64,000 nucleotides of DNA from Candidatus Limiplasma sp. (GCA_045540635.1 JAZQHO010000213.1:10737-74736), one strand, 5' to 3'; shown: positions 25,647-35,309, counted from the first letter of the stretch. A program made the numbers and translations. Notes: generated from the sequence alone by a model not told the origin.

Positions 25647-26305
25647 TGCATACGCTCCTGCTTTACTTTCTTGTCGATCACGTGACGGCGGGCCAGCTCG
25701 CGGGTAACATCCTCCAGGGAGATGCCCATGTGGATCATCAGCACCATGGCGTGGTAGACCAGATCGCCGATCTCGTAGATGGTCTCTTCCTTGTCTTCCT
25801 TGGCACCGGCGATGAGCACCTCGGTGCACTCCTCGCCCACCTTCTTAAGGATCTTGTCCCGACCCTTTTCGAACAGGTAAGTGGTGTAGCTGCCCTCCAC
25901 AGGGTTGGTCTTGCGGCCCTCGATCACCTTCATCAGATCGGCAAGGGAGAAGGGACGGTTGTTCTCGTCCTCGTAGCCTTCGTTGAAGAAGCAGCTCTCC
26001 GCACCGGTATGGCAGGCGGGGCCGGCTTTCTTTACCTGCACCACCAGCGCATCGTTATCGCAATCAGAGGTGATGGAGATGATCTCCTGTACATTGCCGC
26101 TGCTTTCGCCCTTGCGCCACAGGCACTTGCGGCTGCGGCTCCAGAAGCAGGTACGCTTTTCGCTGAGGCTGATGCGCAGGCTTTCTTCGTTCATATAAGC
26201 AAGGGTGAGCACCTCGTGGGTGGTGTAATCCTGCACGATGGCGGGAATAAGGCCGTTATCGTCGAATTTCAAAGTGGCGATCCACTGGTTGATCTGTTCG
26301 TTCAT
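25643..26305 (-). CDS. hisIE: Bifunctional phosphoribosyl-AMP cyclohydrolase / phosphoribosyl-ATP pyrophosphatase
   Basis: The WSRSRKCLWRKGESSGN and CHTGAESCF cyclohydrolase blocks are followed by a PRA-PH helical domain. Confidence 0.92.
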   Translation of the reverse strand: MNEQINQWIATLKFDDNGLIPAIVQDYTTHEVLTLAYMNEESLRISLSEKRTCFWSRSRKCLWRKGESSGNVQEIISITSDCDNDALVVQVKKAGPACHTGAESCFFNEGYEDENNRPFSLADLMKVIEGRKTNPVEGSYTTYLFEKGRDKILKKVGEECTEVLIAGAKEDKEETIYEIGDLVYHAMVLMIHMGISLEDVTRELARRHVIDKKVKQERMQ

Positions 26306-26333
26306 GTTGGGTTTCCTCCTTCTGTTTTGCGGC

Positions 26334-27089
26334 TCAGATCCGCATGGGCACGCCCTGCTCCTTCAGGTAGGCTTTCAGGGCATTGATCTCCACCTCCTGC
26401 GAATGGAAGATGGAGGCAGCCAGACCGGCATCCACACAGGGCAGTTGGAAGAGGGTCACAAAGTCCTCCATGCAGCCTGCGCCACCGGAAGCGATGATGG
26501 GCAGGCGCACCACATCGCCGATGGCCTGCAGCATCTCCAGATCGAAGCCCTTGCGCACACCATCGGTATCGATAGAGTTGAGCACGATCTCACCTGCGCC
26601 GTGATCCTCGCCGAACTTGGCCCATTCGATGGCATCCCGCCCGGTATCCTCACGGCCGCCGCGGGCGAACACATGGAAGGTGCCGTCCACACGCTTCACG
26701 TCCATGCTCAGTACCACGCACTGGTCGCCATACCGCTTGGCAGCGTTCTCGATCAAGCTGGGATCCCGCAGGGCGCCGGAGTTGACGCTCACTTTATCGG
26801 CACCGCATTTCAGCACCCGGTCGAAATCATCCACGGTGTTGATGCTGCCGCCCACGGTAAGGGGAATAAAGACCTCGGCAGCAACAGCACGCAGCGCATC
26901 CGCAAACAGGGGGCGACCCTCTGCGGAGGCAGTGATATCGTAGAACACAAGCTCGTCTGCGCCCGCCTGATTATAGAAGCGGGCCAGCGTGACGGGATCG
27001 CTCACATCCCGCAGGCCTTCAAAATTAACGCCCTTGACCACACGCCCGTTGCGCACGTCAAGACAGGGAATGATGCGTTTGGGCAGCAT
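26334..27089 (-). CDS. hisF: Imidazole glycerol phosphate synthase, cyclase subunit
   Basis: MLPKRIIPCLDVRNGRVVKG and the SGGAG block. Confidence 0.95.
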   Translation of the reverse strand: MLPKRIIPCLDVRNGRVVKGVNFEGLRDVSDPVTLARFYNQAGADELVFYDITASAEGRPLFADALRAVAAEVFIPLTVGGSINTVDDFDRVLKCGADKVSVNSGALRDPSLIENAAKRYGDQCVVLSMDVKRVDGTFHVFARGGREDTGRDAIEWAKFGEDHGAGEIVLNSIDTDGVRKGFDLEMLQAIGDVVRLPIIASGGAGCMEDFVTLFQLPCVDAGLAASIFHSQEVEINALKAYLKEQGVPMRI

Positions 27090-27811
27090 CCTTCCACCTC
27101 ACCTCTGGCAACCTTCAGCGCCCGGGTCAGATCCAGCCGGCCTGCATAGAGCGCTTTGCCAAGGATCGCACCATATGCGCCCATAGCACTGAGGGCAGCG
27201 ATCTCCTTTTCAGCGGTCACGCCGCCGGAGGCGATCACCTGCAGACCTTCGATACGGCACAGCTCTTCATAGACCGCCAGATTGGTGCCGGAAAGCTCGC
27301 CATCCTTGCTGATGTCGGTATAAATGACGGTCTTTACGCCCATATCCCGCAATTCCTTGCAGAAATCCACACCGGCAACATTGCTGGTCTCCAGCCAGCC
27401 GTGGGTGGCCACATAACCGTCCTTGGTATCCACACCCACGGCGATCTTTGCGCCGTAGGCATCCACCAGCTCCTTGAGCAGGGGGCGATCCTTGATGGCC
27501 ATGGTGCCAACGATGATGCGCTCGACACCCAGCGCCAGCGTATCCTCAACGTTTTGGCGGGTACGCATGCCGCCGCCCACCTCCACATGGAGACCGGTCT
27601 TGCACAGCTGGGCGATCACGCCCCGGTTCATGGGGCTGCCGTCCTTGGCACCATCCAGATCCACCACATGCAGCTGGGTGGCACCGGCGGCCAGAAAGCC
27701 CTCCGCCACCTTGCAGGGATCATCGCCGTAAACCGTCATGCGGTCGTAGTCGCCCTGCCGGAGACGAACCACCTGTCCGCCCCGCAGATCAATGGCAGGC
27801 AAAATCAGCAT
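27002..27811 (-). CDS. hisA: ProFAR isomerase HisA
   Basis: MLILPAIDLRGGQVVRL, VGGGMR and ASGGV blocks. The reading frame has no stop before hisF and runs 88 nt into it. Confidence 0.9.
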   Translation of the reverse strand: MLILPAIDLRGGQVVRLRQGDYDRMTVYGDDPCKVAEGFLAAGATQLHVVDLDGAKDGSPMNRGVIAQLCKTGLHVEVGGGMRTRQNVEDTLALGVERIIVGTMAIKDRPLLKELVDAYGAKIAVGVDTKDGYVATHGWLETSNVAGVDFCKELRDMGVKTVIYTDISKDGELSGTNLAVYEELCRIEGLQVIASGGVTAEKEIAALSAMGAYGAILGKALYAGRLDLTRALKVARGEVEGCCPNASFPVLTCATGVWSRALILKACGM

Positions 27812-28431
27812 ACGGTATCCTCCTTTGCAAACGAAGCCAGCATCTGTAGCCCGATGCCGCCGCTCTTTTCCGGATGGAACTGGGTGCCGCACACATTGCC
27901 GCAGCGTACTGCGCCGGGCACGGTCACACCGCCGTATTCGGAGGTGGCCACCCATGCGGCCTCACATTCGGTGGCGTAGAAGGAGTGCACATAGTACACA
28001 TGCGCCCCCTCGCCGATGCCGGAAAGCAGCACATCCTCCGGCTTGTGGAAGGTAAGGCTGTTCCAGCCCATGTGGGGCACCTTCATGCCCTCGGGCAGCA
28101 CAGGGGCAAGGGGCATCACCTTACCGGGGATCAGCCCCAGACCCTGATGGCAGCCGTATTCATGGCTTTCATCAAACAGCAGCTGCATACCAAGGCAGAT
28201 CCCCATCAGAGGCTTACCGGCAGCTGCCAGCTCCTTGAGAAGGGTATCCAGCCCCAGTTCCCGCAGCTTGGCGGCAGCATCGCCAAAAGCACCCACACCG
28301 GGCAGAATGATCTTGTCTGCGGCACGAAGCACATTTTCATCTCTGGTAACGATGCTCTCGGCACCAATGTGCCGGAGGGAGCAGTTGAGGGAATACAGAT
28401 TGCCTACACCGTAGTCTACCACTGCGATCAT
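27805..28431 (-). CDS. hisH: Imidazole glycerol phosphate synthase, glutaminase subunit
   Basis: MIAVVDYGVGNL, GICLGMQLL (catalytic Cys) and QFHPEKS. Confidence 0.95.
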   Translation of the reverse strand: MIAVVDYGVGNLYSLNCSLRHIGAESIVTRDENVLRAADKIILPGVGAFGDAAAKLRELGLDTLLKELAAAGKPLMGICLGMQLLFDESHEYGCHQGLGLIPGKVMPLAPVLPEGMKVPHMGWNSLTFHKPEDVLLSGIGEGAHVYYVHSFYATECEAAWVATSEYGGVTVPGAVRCGNVCGTQFHPEKSGGIGLQMLASFAKEDTVC

Positions 28432-29030
28432 GCGTTGTTTCCTCCCAGCGTGCCCTTGGTGGAGGGGATCTCCCCGGCAAAATCGGGATCGATGGCTACT
28501 GCCTGCCGCATGGCGCGGCCGAAGCCCTTGAAGATAGCCTCAATGATGTGGTGGGTGTTCTCCCCCGCCAGCACCTTGATGTGCAGGGTGATCTGGGCGG
28601 CGCGGACGAAGCCGAGGAAAAATTCCTTTACCAGCTCCGTATCAAAGGTGCCGACTTTTTCGGTGGGCATGGCGGCATCAAAGCCGAGGCAGCCGCGCCC
28701 GCTCAGATCAACGGCGATCAGCGCCAGAGACTCGTCCATGGGCAGGAGCCACTGTCCATAGCGGCATACGCCCCGCTTGTCGCCCAGCGCCTTTCGGAAG
28801 GCCTCGCCCAGTGCGATGCCGATATCCTCCACGGTGTGGTGGTCGTCCACATAGGTATCACCCTTGCAGGCAACGGTCAGATCCAGCCTGCCGTGTCGGC
28901 TGAACAACGCCAGCATATGGTCAAGGAAACCGCAGCCGGTGTTTACTTCATACTTGCCGGTGCCATCCACATTCAGGGTGAGGGCGATATCCGTCTCAGA
29001 GGTTTTGCGCTCGATGGCTGCCTCTCTCAT
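28428..29030 (-). CDS. hisB: Imidazoleglycerol-phosphate dehydratase
   Basis: RKTSETDI, GFLDHML and DDHHTVEDIGIALG motifs. Confidence 0.95.
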   Translation of the reverse strand: MREAAIERKTSETDIALTLNVDGTGKYEVNTGCGFLDHMLALFSRHGRLDLTVACKGDTYVDDHHTVEDIGIALGEAFRKALGDKRGVCRYGQWLLPMDESLALIAVDLSGRGCLGFDAAMPTEKVGTFDTELVKEFFLGFVRAAQITLHIKVLAGENTHHIIEAIFKGFGRAMRQAVAIDPDFAGEIPSTKGTLGGNNA

Positions 29031-30097
29031 GGGTTTGCCTCCTTCAAAATCTCTTGGGTCTTTTGCAGGAACACATCCATCTCCTCATCGGAACCGATGG
29101 TAATGCGCACATAGGGGCTCAGCCGTTCGCCGCCGAAGTAGCGCACCAGCACGCCCCGATCCTTCAGTTGCTCGTAATACTCCCTGCCGCTCAGGCGTGG
29201 CGGGGCGGCAAAGAGAAAGTTGGTGGAGCTCTCGGTCATGGTAAAGCCCATATCCTTCAAAGCAGCCGCCGTGCGCTGCCGGGTCGCCATGATCCGTTTG
29301 CAGCAGCTTTTAAAATAGGCGGTATCCTTCATGGCCTCCACGCCTGCCAGCATGCTCAGCCGGTTGATGTTGTAGGGGTGGAAGCTGTTGCGCACCCGCT
29401 CCAGATCGTCGATCAAAGCGGGCTGGGCCAATGCATAGCCGATGCGGGCACCCGCCAGCGAACGGCTCTTGCTGAAGGTGCGAACCACCAGCAGGTTGGG
29501 GTAGCGATGGATGAGCGACAGCGCCGACTCACCGCCGAAATCCACATAGGCTTCGTCCACCAGCACAACATGCTCCGGGTTGGAGGCAACGATCCTCTCC
29601 ACCTCCGAAAGCGGCAGCGCAATGGCTGTGGGCGCATTGGGGTTGGCGAAAACCACCATGGAGCCTGCTCCGCAGAATTTTTCCACCGGCAGGGTGAAAT
29701 CTTCCCGGAGGGGGATCACCTTGGGGGATACCTGAAACAGCTGGGCAAACACTTTGTAGAAGCCGTAGCTGATATCCGGAATGGTGACTGGGTGCTCTGC
29801 ATCGGCAAAGGCAAGGAACGAAAAGCCCAGTGTTTCGTCGGAACCGTTGGTAACGAACACGTTTTCCGGCTGCAGCCTGTACTGATCGGCAATGGCCTGC
29901 TTCAGCGGGCCGATGGTGGGATCGGAGTACAGCTTCAGCTGGCTGACCGCCTCCCGGGTGATGGCTTCCATCACCCCGGGAGCGGGCGGGTAGGGATTCT
30001 CATTGGTATTGAGCTTGATGTAGCTCTTATCCTGCGGCTGCTCGCCCGGCACATAGGGATCAAGGGCGGAAAGCGCAGGTCTCAGAAACTGGCTCAT
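29027..30097 (-). CDS. hisC: Histidinol-phosphate aminotransferase
   Basis: LNTNENPYPP, VRTFSKSRSLAGARIGY (PLP Lys), and operon position. Confidence 0.92.
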   Translation of the reverse strand: MSQFLRPALSALDPYVPGEQPQDKSYIKLNTNENPYPPAPGVMEAITREAVSQLKLYSDPTIGPLKQAIADQYRLQPENVFVTNGSDETLGFSFLAFADAEHPVTIPDISYGFYKVFAQLFQVSPKVIPLREDFTLPVEKFCGAGSMVVFANPNAPTAIALPLSEVERIVASNPEHVVLVDEAYVDFGGESALSLIHRYPNLLVVRTFSKSRSLAGARIGYALAQPALIDDLERVRNSFHPYNINRLSMLAGVEAMKDTAYFKSCCKRIMATRQRTAAALKDMGFTMTESSTNFLFAAPPRLSGREYYEQLKDRGVLVRYFGGERLSPYVRITIGSDEEMDVFLQKTQEILKEANP

Positions 30098-30102
30098 GGT
30101 TC

Positions 30103-31386
30103 TTACTCCTTCACGCGGACGCGGACAGCATTGGCATGTGCGCCCAGACCCTCGCGCTCGGCAAAGCGCATCACATCCTCCGCCACATCCTGCAGGGCCT
30201 CGCGGGTGTAGTAAATGTAGCTGGAGCGGCGGCAGAAATCATCTACGCCGAGAGGAGAGGAATAGCGGGCAGTGCCGCTGGTGGGCAGAGTGTGGTTGGG
30301 GCCGGCCAGATAATCGCCCAGCGGTTCGGGGCAGTTGCGGCCCAGGAAGATGCTGCCTGCGTGGTTGAGCAGGGGCAGCAGACCGAAGGGATCATCCACA
30401 CACACCTCAAGGTGCTCGGGGGCGATCTCGTCGGCGACCTTGGCGGCATCCTCCAGCGTATCCACGATGATGATGCGTCCGTTTTCCTTGATGGAGGTAC
30501 GGGCGATCTCCTCGCGGGGCAGCTGGCTCAGCTGCTTTTCCACCTCCGCCTGCACGGCGAAGGCCAGCTTTTCGCTGGTGGTGGCCAGCCATGCAGAGGC
30601 CAGCTTGTCGTGCTCAGCCTGAGAGAGCAGATCGGCAGCCACGTGCACGGGGTTGCTCTTTTCATCGGCAATGACCATGATCTCGCTGGGGCCTGCCACC
30701 ATATCCACATCGATAAGACCCTGCGCATAGCACAGCTGCTTGGCGGTGGCAACGAAGATGTTGCCGGGGCCCACGATCTTGTCCACCTTGGGTACGGACT
30801 CGGTGCCGTAAGCCAGCGCTGCAACCGCCTGCGCACCGCCCAGCTTGACGATGGTGCGCACACCGGCGATCTTGGCTGCCGCAAGGATAACGGCGGGCAC
30901 ATTGCCCTCCTTGTCGGGGGGCGTGGTCATAACGATATTTTCAACACCGGCGATCTTGGCGGGGATGGCATCCATCAGCACGGAGCTGGGGTAGCGGGCC
31001 GTGCCGCCGGGCACATACAGACCCACGCTCTTGAGGGGCAGCACACGCTGACCCACCACAACGCCCGCCTTGGGAGTATCCACAAAACCGGTGCGCTTCT
31101 GCTGCAGGTGGAAGCGCTCAATGTTGGCAGCCGCCAGCTCCATGGTGGCGATCAGCTCAGGCTCCACGGCGTTGTAGGCAGCTTCCACCTCCGCATCGGT
31201 CACAAGCAGAGTCTGGGGGCGTACACCGTCGAACTTTTCACAATAGTCCAGCACGGCCTTGTCGCCGCCCTTGCGGATGGTTTCAAGGATCTCGCTGACG
31301 ATGGCGGTAACATCCTTTTTGGTTTCCTCGGCGCGGTTGAGCAGCTCATCTGCGCGCTGACCGCTGTATTTCATGATCTTCATCAT
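30103..31386 (-). CDS. hisD: Histidinol dehydrogenase
   Basis: 427 aa with YVPGGTARYPSSVLM, QAEHD and GDYLAGPNHTLPT motifs. Confidence 0.95.
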   Translation of the reverse strand: MMKIMKYSGQRADELLNRAEETKKDVTAIVSEILETIRKGGDKAVLDYCEKFDGVRPQTLLVTDAEVEAAYNAVEPELIATMELAAANIERFHLQQKRTGFVDTPKAGVVVGQRVLPLKSVGLYVPGGTARYPSSVLMDAIPAKIAGVENIVMTTPPDKEGNVPAVILAAAKIAGVRTIVKLGGAQAVAALAYGTESVPKVDKIVGPGNIFVATAKQLCYAQGLIDVDMVAGPSEIMVIADEKSNPVHVAADLLSQAEHDKLASAWLATTSEKLAFAVQAEVEKQLSQLPREEIARTSIKENGRIIIVDTLEDAAKVADEIAPEHLEVCVDDPFGLLPLLNHAGSIFLGRNCPEPLGDYLAGPNHTLPTSGTARYSSPLGVDDFCRRSSYIYYTREALQDVAEDVMRFAEREGLGAHANAVRVRVKE

Positions 31387-32024
31387 TTCTTTTCACCTGC
31401 TTTTTCCGTAATCACTGCCGCCAGTTTTTCCTGGATCTCCCGGATCTGAGCCTCCTTGAACTTCATGGAGGCCTTGTTGGCGATAAACCTTGCGCTGATG
31501 GGAAGGATCTCCCGGCGCACATCCAGCCCGTTCTGCTTGAGGGTGGTGCCGGTCTCCACAATATCCACGATCACATCGCTGAGGCCCAGAATGGGCGCCA
31601 GCTCGATGGAGCCGTTCAGCTTGATGACCTCGATCTCCCGGCTGATGCCTGCATAAAACTTCTTGGCAATGCGGGGGTACTTGGTCGCCACCCGTAGGGG
31701 GCGCTGCCGGTTCTCCTGAAAATCCACCGGGGCTGCTTCTGCCATGCGGCACTTGCCAAAGCCCAGATCCAGCAGCTCATACACATCGTTGCCGCCTTCC
31801 AGCAGCACATCCTTGCCCACAACGCCGATATCGGCTGCGCCGTGCTCCACATAGATGGCCACATCGGAGGGCTTTACCAGCAGGTAGCTCACCTCGCCAT
31901 CCGGATCGCGCAAAACCAGCTTGCGGTCGCCGTCCTCCATGGCACGGCAGTCGTAGCCGATCTCCTTGAAAAGATTGTATACCTTATCGCCCAGTCTTCC
32001 CTTGGGCAGAGCCACATTCAGCAT
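31383..32024 (-). CDS. hisG: ATP phosphoribosyltransferase, short (HisZ-dependent) form
   Basis: MLNVALPKGRL start. 213 aa with no C-terminal regulatory domain. The ATG lies directly after the hisZ stop. Confidence 0.92.
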   Translation of the reverse strand: MLNVALPKGRLGDKVYNLFKEIGYDCRAMEDGDRKLVLRDPDGEVSYLLVKPSDVAIYVEHGAADIGVVGKDVLLEGGNDVYELLDLGFGKCRMAEAAPVDFQENRQRPLRVATKYPRIAKKFYAGISREIEVIKLNGSIELAPILGLSDVIVDIVETGTTLKQNGLDVRREILPISARFIANKASMKFKEAQIREIQEKLAAVITEKAGEKK

Positions 32025-32025
32025 C

Positions 32026-33141
32026 TTACTCCACCTCCACAAAGCGTTCGCCGTCGAAACGGTACCGGCGGTAGGCCTCCACATCCGCGTTCTCGCTGGA
32101 GGTGACATACACCCGCAGCTTGAAATCCCGCAGATGCTTTGCGGCTGCCAGCACCTTGGCTGCATCATCCTCAGGGGAATAGGTGGCCAGAATATCCACC
32201 GGATCCTTGTGGGGCAGCATGAACAGGCTGTTGAGCTCATCCAGATAAAGGGCAAAACCGAAGCCGTCCGCATCCTTGCCCATCTTGGTCATGAGCCGGT
32301 CGTAGCGGCCGCCGCTGAGCACGGCTCTGGGGGAACCCTGCACATAGCCGCGGAATACGATGCCGTTGTAGTACTCCAGATCGCTGGTGATGGAGAAATC
32401 GAACCGGATCCGGTTCTGCAGATCCAGCGCCTTCAGATCGCCGTACAGCTGAACCAGCTCCCCGGCAGCCCGGCGGCTTTCCTCGTTGCAGGCCAGCTCT
32501 GCTGCGGCCTGCAGCACTTTTTCCGACGAGCCGGAGAGGGTGAGCAGCTTTTCAAAACGCTGCGCGTTCTCTTCGCCGACTCCCTTGCCCAGCAGCAGCT
32601 TGCGCAGTTCGTGCACATTCTTCTGGCTGATATGGTGGAAGGCCTCGCGCCGGGTCTCTTCATCCAGCCCGCATTCGTTCATCATGCCGGCGATCACGCC
32701 CATATGGCTGATATCCAGCACATACTCCCGGTGGCAGAAGCTCAGGCTTTCCAGCGCCAGCCACAGCACCTCGCCGGTGGCGTAGCGGTCCACATTACCC
32801 AGATATTCCACGCCGATCTGCTGGATCTCCTTGAACTCGTGATCGGTGGGAGAGGCGCGGTACACGCTTTCAATATAGTAAAGCTTCTCAACGCCTTCCC
32901 GGCCCTGACCGGCGTGCTTGACGATGGACAGGGTCACGTCCGGCTTGAGGGCCATCAGCTTGCCGCTGCCGTCGGTAAAGCTCAGCACCCGCTTGCTGGT
33001 GAGGAAGCTCTTGTTTTCCAGATAGAGATCGTACTCCTCAAACCGACGCATGGGGAAACGCACGCAGCCATGACCCTGATACAGCTCCCGAAGGGCCAGC
33101 ACCAGTTTTTCCTGTGCGCTGAGAAAAGTCATCATACTCAT
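32026..33141 (-). CDS. hisZ: ATP phosphoribosyltransferase regulatory subunit (HisRS paralogue)
   Basis: Class-II aaRS-like core without an anticodon-binding domain. First gene of the operon. TAAGGAGG RBS. Confidence 0.88.
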   Translation of the reverse strand: MSMMTFLSAQEKLVLALRELYQGHGCVRFPMRRFEEYDLYLENKSFLTSKRVLSFTDGSGKLMALKPDVTLSIVKHAGQGREGVEKLYYIESVYRASPTDHEFKEIQQIGVEYLGNVDRYATGEVLWLALESLSFCHREYVLDISHMGVIAGMMNECGLDEETRREAFHHISQKNVHELRKLLLGKGVGEENAQRFEKLLTLSGSSEKVLQAAAELACNEESRRAAGELVQLYGDLKALDLQNRIRFDFSITSDLEYYNGIVFRGYVQGSPRAVLSGGRYDRLMTKMGKDADGFGFALYLDELNSLFMLPHKDPVDILATYSPEDDAAKVLAAAKHLRDFKLRVYVTSSENADVEAYRRYRFDGERFVEVE

Positions 33142-33183
33142 TCCACATCCTCCTTACGGCCTGCCCCGTGCAGGCATGGGGTG

Positions 33184-33212
33184 ATCTTAGCACACTTTAC
33201 CGCTTTAGTCAA
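33184..33212 (-). promoter_or_regulatory. Putative his operon promoter
   Basis: Minus strand: TTGACT - 17 nt - TAAGAT with TGc extended -10. It leaves only a ~40-nt leader. Confidence 0.5.
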
Positions 33213-33241
33213 GTAAATCGCTAAAATACCGATGATTTCAT

Positions 33242-33269
33242 CTTGCATTTTTGCCACGATATACTATAA
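33242..33269 (+). promoter_or_regulatory. Putative mscL promoter (divergent from the his operon)
   Basis: TTGCAT - 16 nt - TATAAT. Confidence 0.5.
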
Positions 33270-33325
33270 TACAGAAGGAATCCCAAATCAACCATAGTAC
33301 AGCGGAAAGGCAGGGACTTTTTCCA

Positions 33326-33787
33326 ATGAAGAAACTCATCAACGAATTCAAGGCCTTCTGTGCCAAGGGCAACATCCTTGAGCTTGCCACCGGTATGATG
33401 ATCGGTAGCGCGTTTACCACCATCGTCAACTCTCTGGTAAACGATGTGCTGATGCCCGTGATCGGTATCCTGACCGGTGGTCTGGATATGAGCGGTCTGT
33501 TTATCCCGCTGGACTTCCAGTTCGGCCAGTATGCCAACATCGATGCCGCCAAGGCCGCCGGTGTGGGCACGCTGAACTACGGTGCCTTCCTGCAGGCCAT
33601 CATCAATTTCCTGATCATTGCCTTCTGCATCTTCATGCTGGTAAAGGCCATGTCCAAGCTGCTGCCCAAGAAGGAAGAGGCTCCCAAGAAGGAAGACCGT
33701 ACCTGCCCCTACTGCAAGATGGTGGTACACGACGAAGCCACCAAGTGCCCCCATTGCGCCAGCGAGCTGCCCGCTCAGGCCGAATAA
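33326..33787 (+). CDS. mscL: Large-conductance mechanosensitive channel MscL with a C-terminal CxxC...CxxC zinc-ribbon tail
   Basis: MKKLINEFKAFCAKGNILELATGMMIGSAF is the canonical MscL N-terminus. The tail is CPYCKMVVHDEATKCPHC. Confidence 0.9.
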   Translation: MKKLINEFKAFCAKGNILELATGMMIGSAFTTIVNSLVNDVLMPVIGILTGGLDMSGLFIPLDFQFGQYANIDAAKAAGVGTLNYGAFLQAIINFLIIAFCIFMLVKAMSKLLPKKEEAPKKEDRTCPYCKMVVHDEATKCPHCASELPAQAE

Positions 33788-33848
33788 GCCAAAGGCAAAC
33801 CATAACGAACAGACCGTATCCGCTGCATGCGGATACGGGCTGTCATTT

Positions 33849-35258
33849 TTACTCTGCGATCTTTACGAAGTTTTCCATTACATAGGCGCAGAGGCCGTCT
33901 GCCTCCACCAGCGCCCAGCCGCCACCGGTGGAAAGCACCGTTACCTCGGTGCCGGTGGGCAGCACTGCCGCTTTGGCGCTGTTGCGGTCAGGAGCATTGC
34001 GCAGATTCACGCTCTCGCTGCCGTCCGCTTCCTCTCCGCGGGTAAGGATGCCGCTTGCAGGCCGATCGGGGTTCTTCTGCCCTTCGGCGACGATGAGCAC
34101 CTCCGCTGCTCCATCCTCCTCTGGCTGTGCTTTCTCGCCATCAGGGGCGGTTTCCATGTCCTTGCCGGTGGCGCTGACAATACCCTTGCCGGTGATGCGC
34201 AGGTAGCGAAGGCAATCCAGCCGCAACCAGCCCTCCTGCCCGGCAGCATTGACCCGGGCGTATTCATCTCCGATCTCCAGCACCGCCACCAGCTGCCCTG
34301 CCTTCAGCTGCGTGATCACCTTCGCCTCTTTGGAAGGCTCTGCGCGGAGACCGGCCTGTCCGGTGCGGGGCGCATGCAGATAGCCGACCTTGCGTTCATC
34401 GGTGGGGTCATCGCCAAAAGTAAGCTCTGCGGTGGGCACCTCCACCATTCCTTCATCGGTCTCGATCAGGCAGGTAACAACGCCCACACGGGCTACCAGT
34501 ACATTTTCGGAGCCGCCGTCGGGCAGCTCCCGAATGGCAGCGAAGGGAGCTGCTTTTTCCTCCTTGCTGCCTTTCTCGCTGCCGGTCTCTTCTTCATCAG
34601 GCTCGGCTGTAGCATCGGGAGCGGTGTCGGTTTCGCTGTCGGGGGCTTCCGCTTCTCCGGCAGCACCGTCTGTATCGTTTGCATCGTCTGATCCGGCGGT
34701 GTTTTCCGCACCATCTGCGTCGGCTTCGGTATCCTCTGAGTCGGTATCACCTTCGGTTTCTTCTGCCTCGGTATCATCCTCGGCATCAACAGCGCTGTCT
34801 GCGCCATCTGTGTCCTCGGCACCGTCTGCATCATCGCCGCCTTCGCTCCCGCCGGTAACGGTGCTGTCCCCCGCCTCCTCCGCAGGTGGATCCGTCACGA
34901 CCGGCGTAAGGGTATTGGGCTGCGCCACTTCTCCGGTTGCGCCCCCGGCTGCGGGAGGCTCCTCGCTCAGATCCTCCGTTACCACCCAGCCGGATACAGC
35001 GCCAAAATGCACATAGGTGCGGCCCTCCTCCACGCCATTGGTCACGGTAAGGCGGGCTCCGTTGGCCACTCTGCCGATCAAGCTCCCTTCAGCATCGTAC
35101 AGGGCAACATAACCGCTTTCGTTGCTTGCATAACGGTAGCCGGTCACGATATACGCATCTTCGCCAATCTGCTGCGCAAAGGCTGCGGGTAGAACCGCAG
35201 CAAACACCAGCGCTGCCAGCAGCAGGCTGCCAAGCCGTCGAATCTTTGTTTTCATCAT
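33849..35258 (-). CDS. Secreted SH3b-domain protein with a ~150-aa highly acidic disordered linker
   Basis: Signal peptide MMKTKIRRLGSLLLAALVFAAVLPAAFA. SH3b-like segments sit at both ends. The centre is rich in D/E/T/A/G (DTDGADSAVDAEDDTEAEETEGDTDSEDTEADADG). Confidence 0.6.
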   Translation of the reverse strand: MMKTKIRRLGSLLLAALVFAAVLPAAFAQQIGEDAYIVTGYRYASNESGYVALYDAEGSLIGRVANGARLTVTNGVEEGRTYVHFGAVSGWVVTEDLSEEPPAAGGATGEVAQPNTLTPVVTDPPAEEAGDSTVTGGSEGGDDADGAEDTDGADSAVDAEDDTEAEETEGDTDSEDTEADADGAENTAGSDDANDTDGAAGEAEAPDSETDTAPDATAEPDEEETGSEKGSKEEKAAPFAAIRELPDGGSENVLVARVGVVTCLIETDEGMVEVPTAELTFGDDPTDERKVGYLHAPRTGQAGLRAEPSKEAKVITQLKAGQLVAVLEIGDEYARVNAAGQEGWLRLDCLRYLRITGKGIVSATGKDMETAPDGEKAQPEEDGAAEVLIVAEGQKNPDRPASGILTRGEEADGSESVNLRNAPDRNSAKAAVLPTGTEVTVLSTGGGWALVEADGLCAYVMENFVKIAE

Positions 35259-35309
35259 TATCTCCTCCTTGAAACGAATTTGTAATCATTTCTTAACAAT
35301 TACATTCTC

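Noticed and set aside
33142-33250. A T-box riboswitch or leader-peptide attenuator in front of the his operon.
   Set aside because: Only ~40 nt separate the predicted promoter from the hisZ start. That leaves no room for stem I, a specifier or an antiterminator, and there is no His-codon-rich leader ORF.
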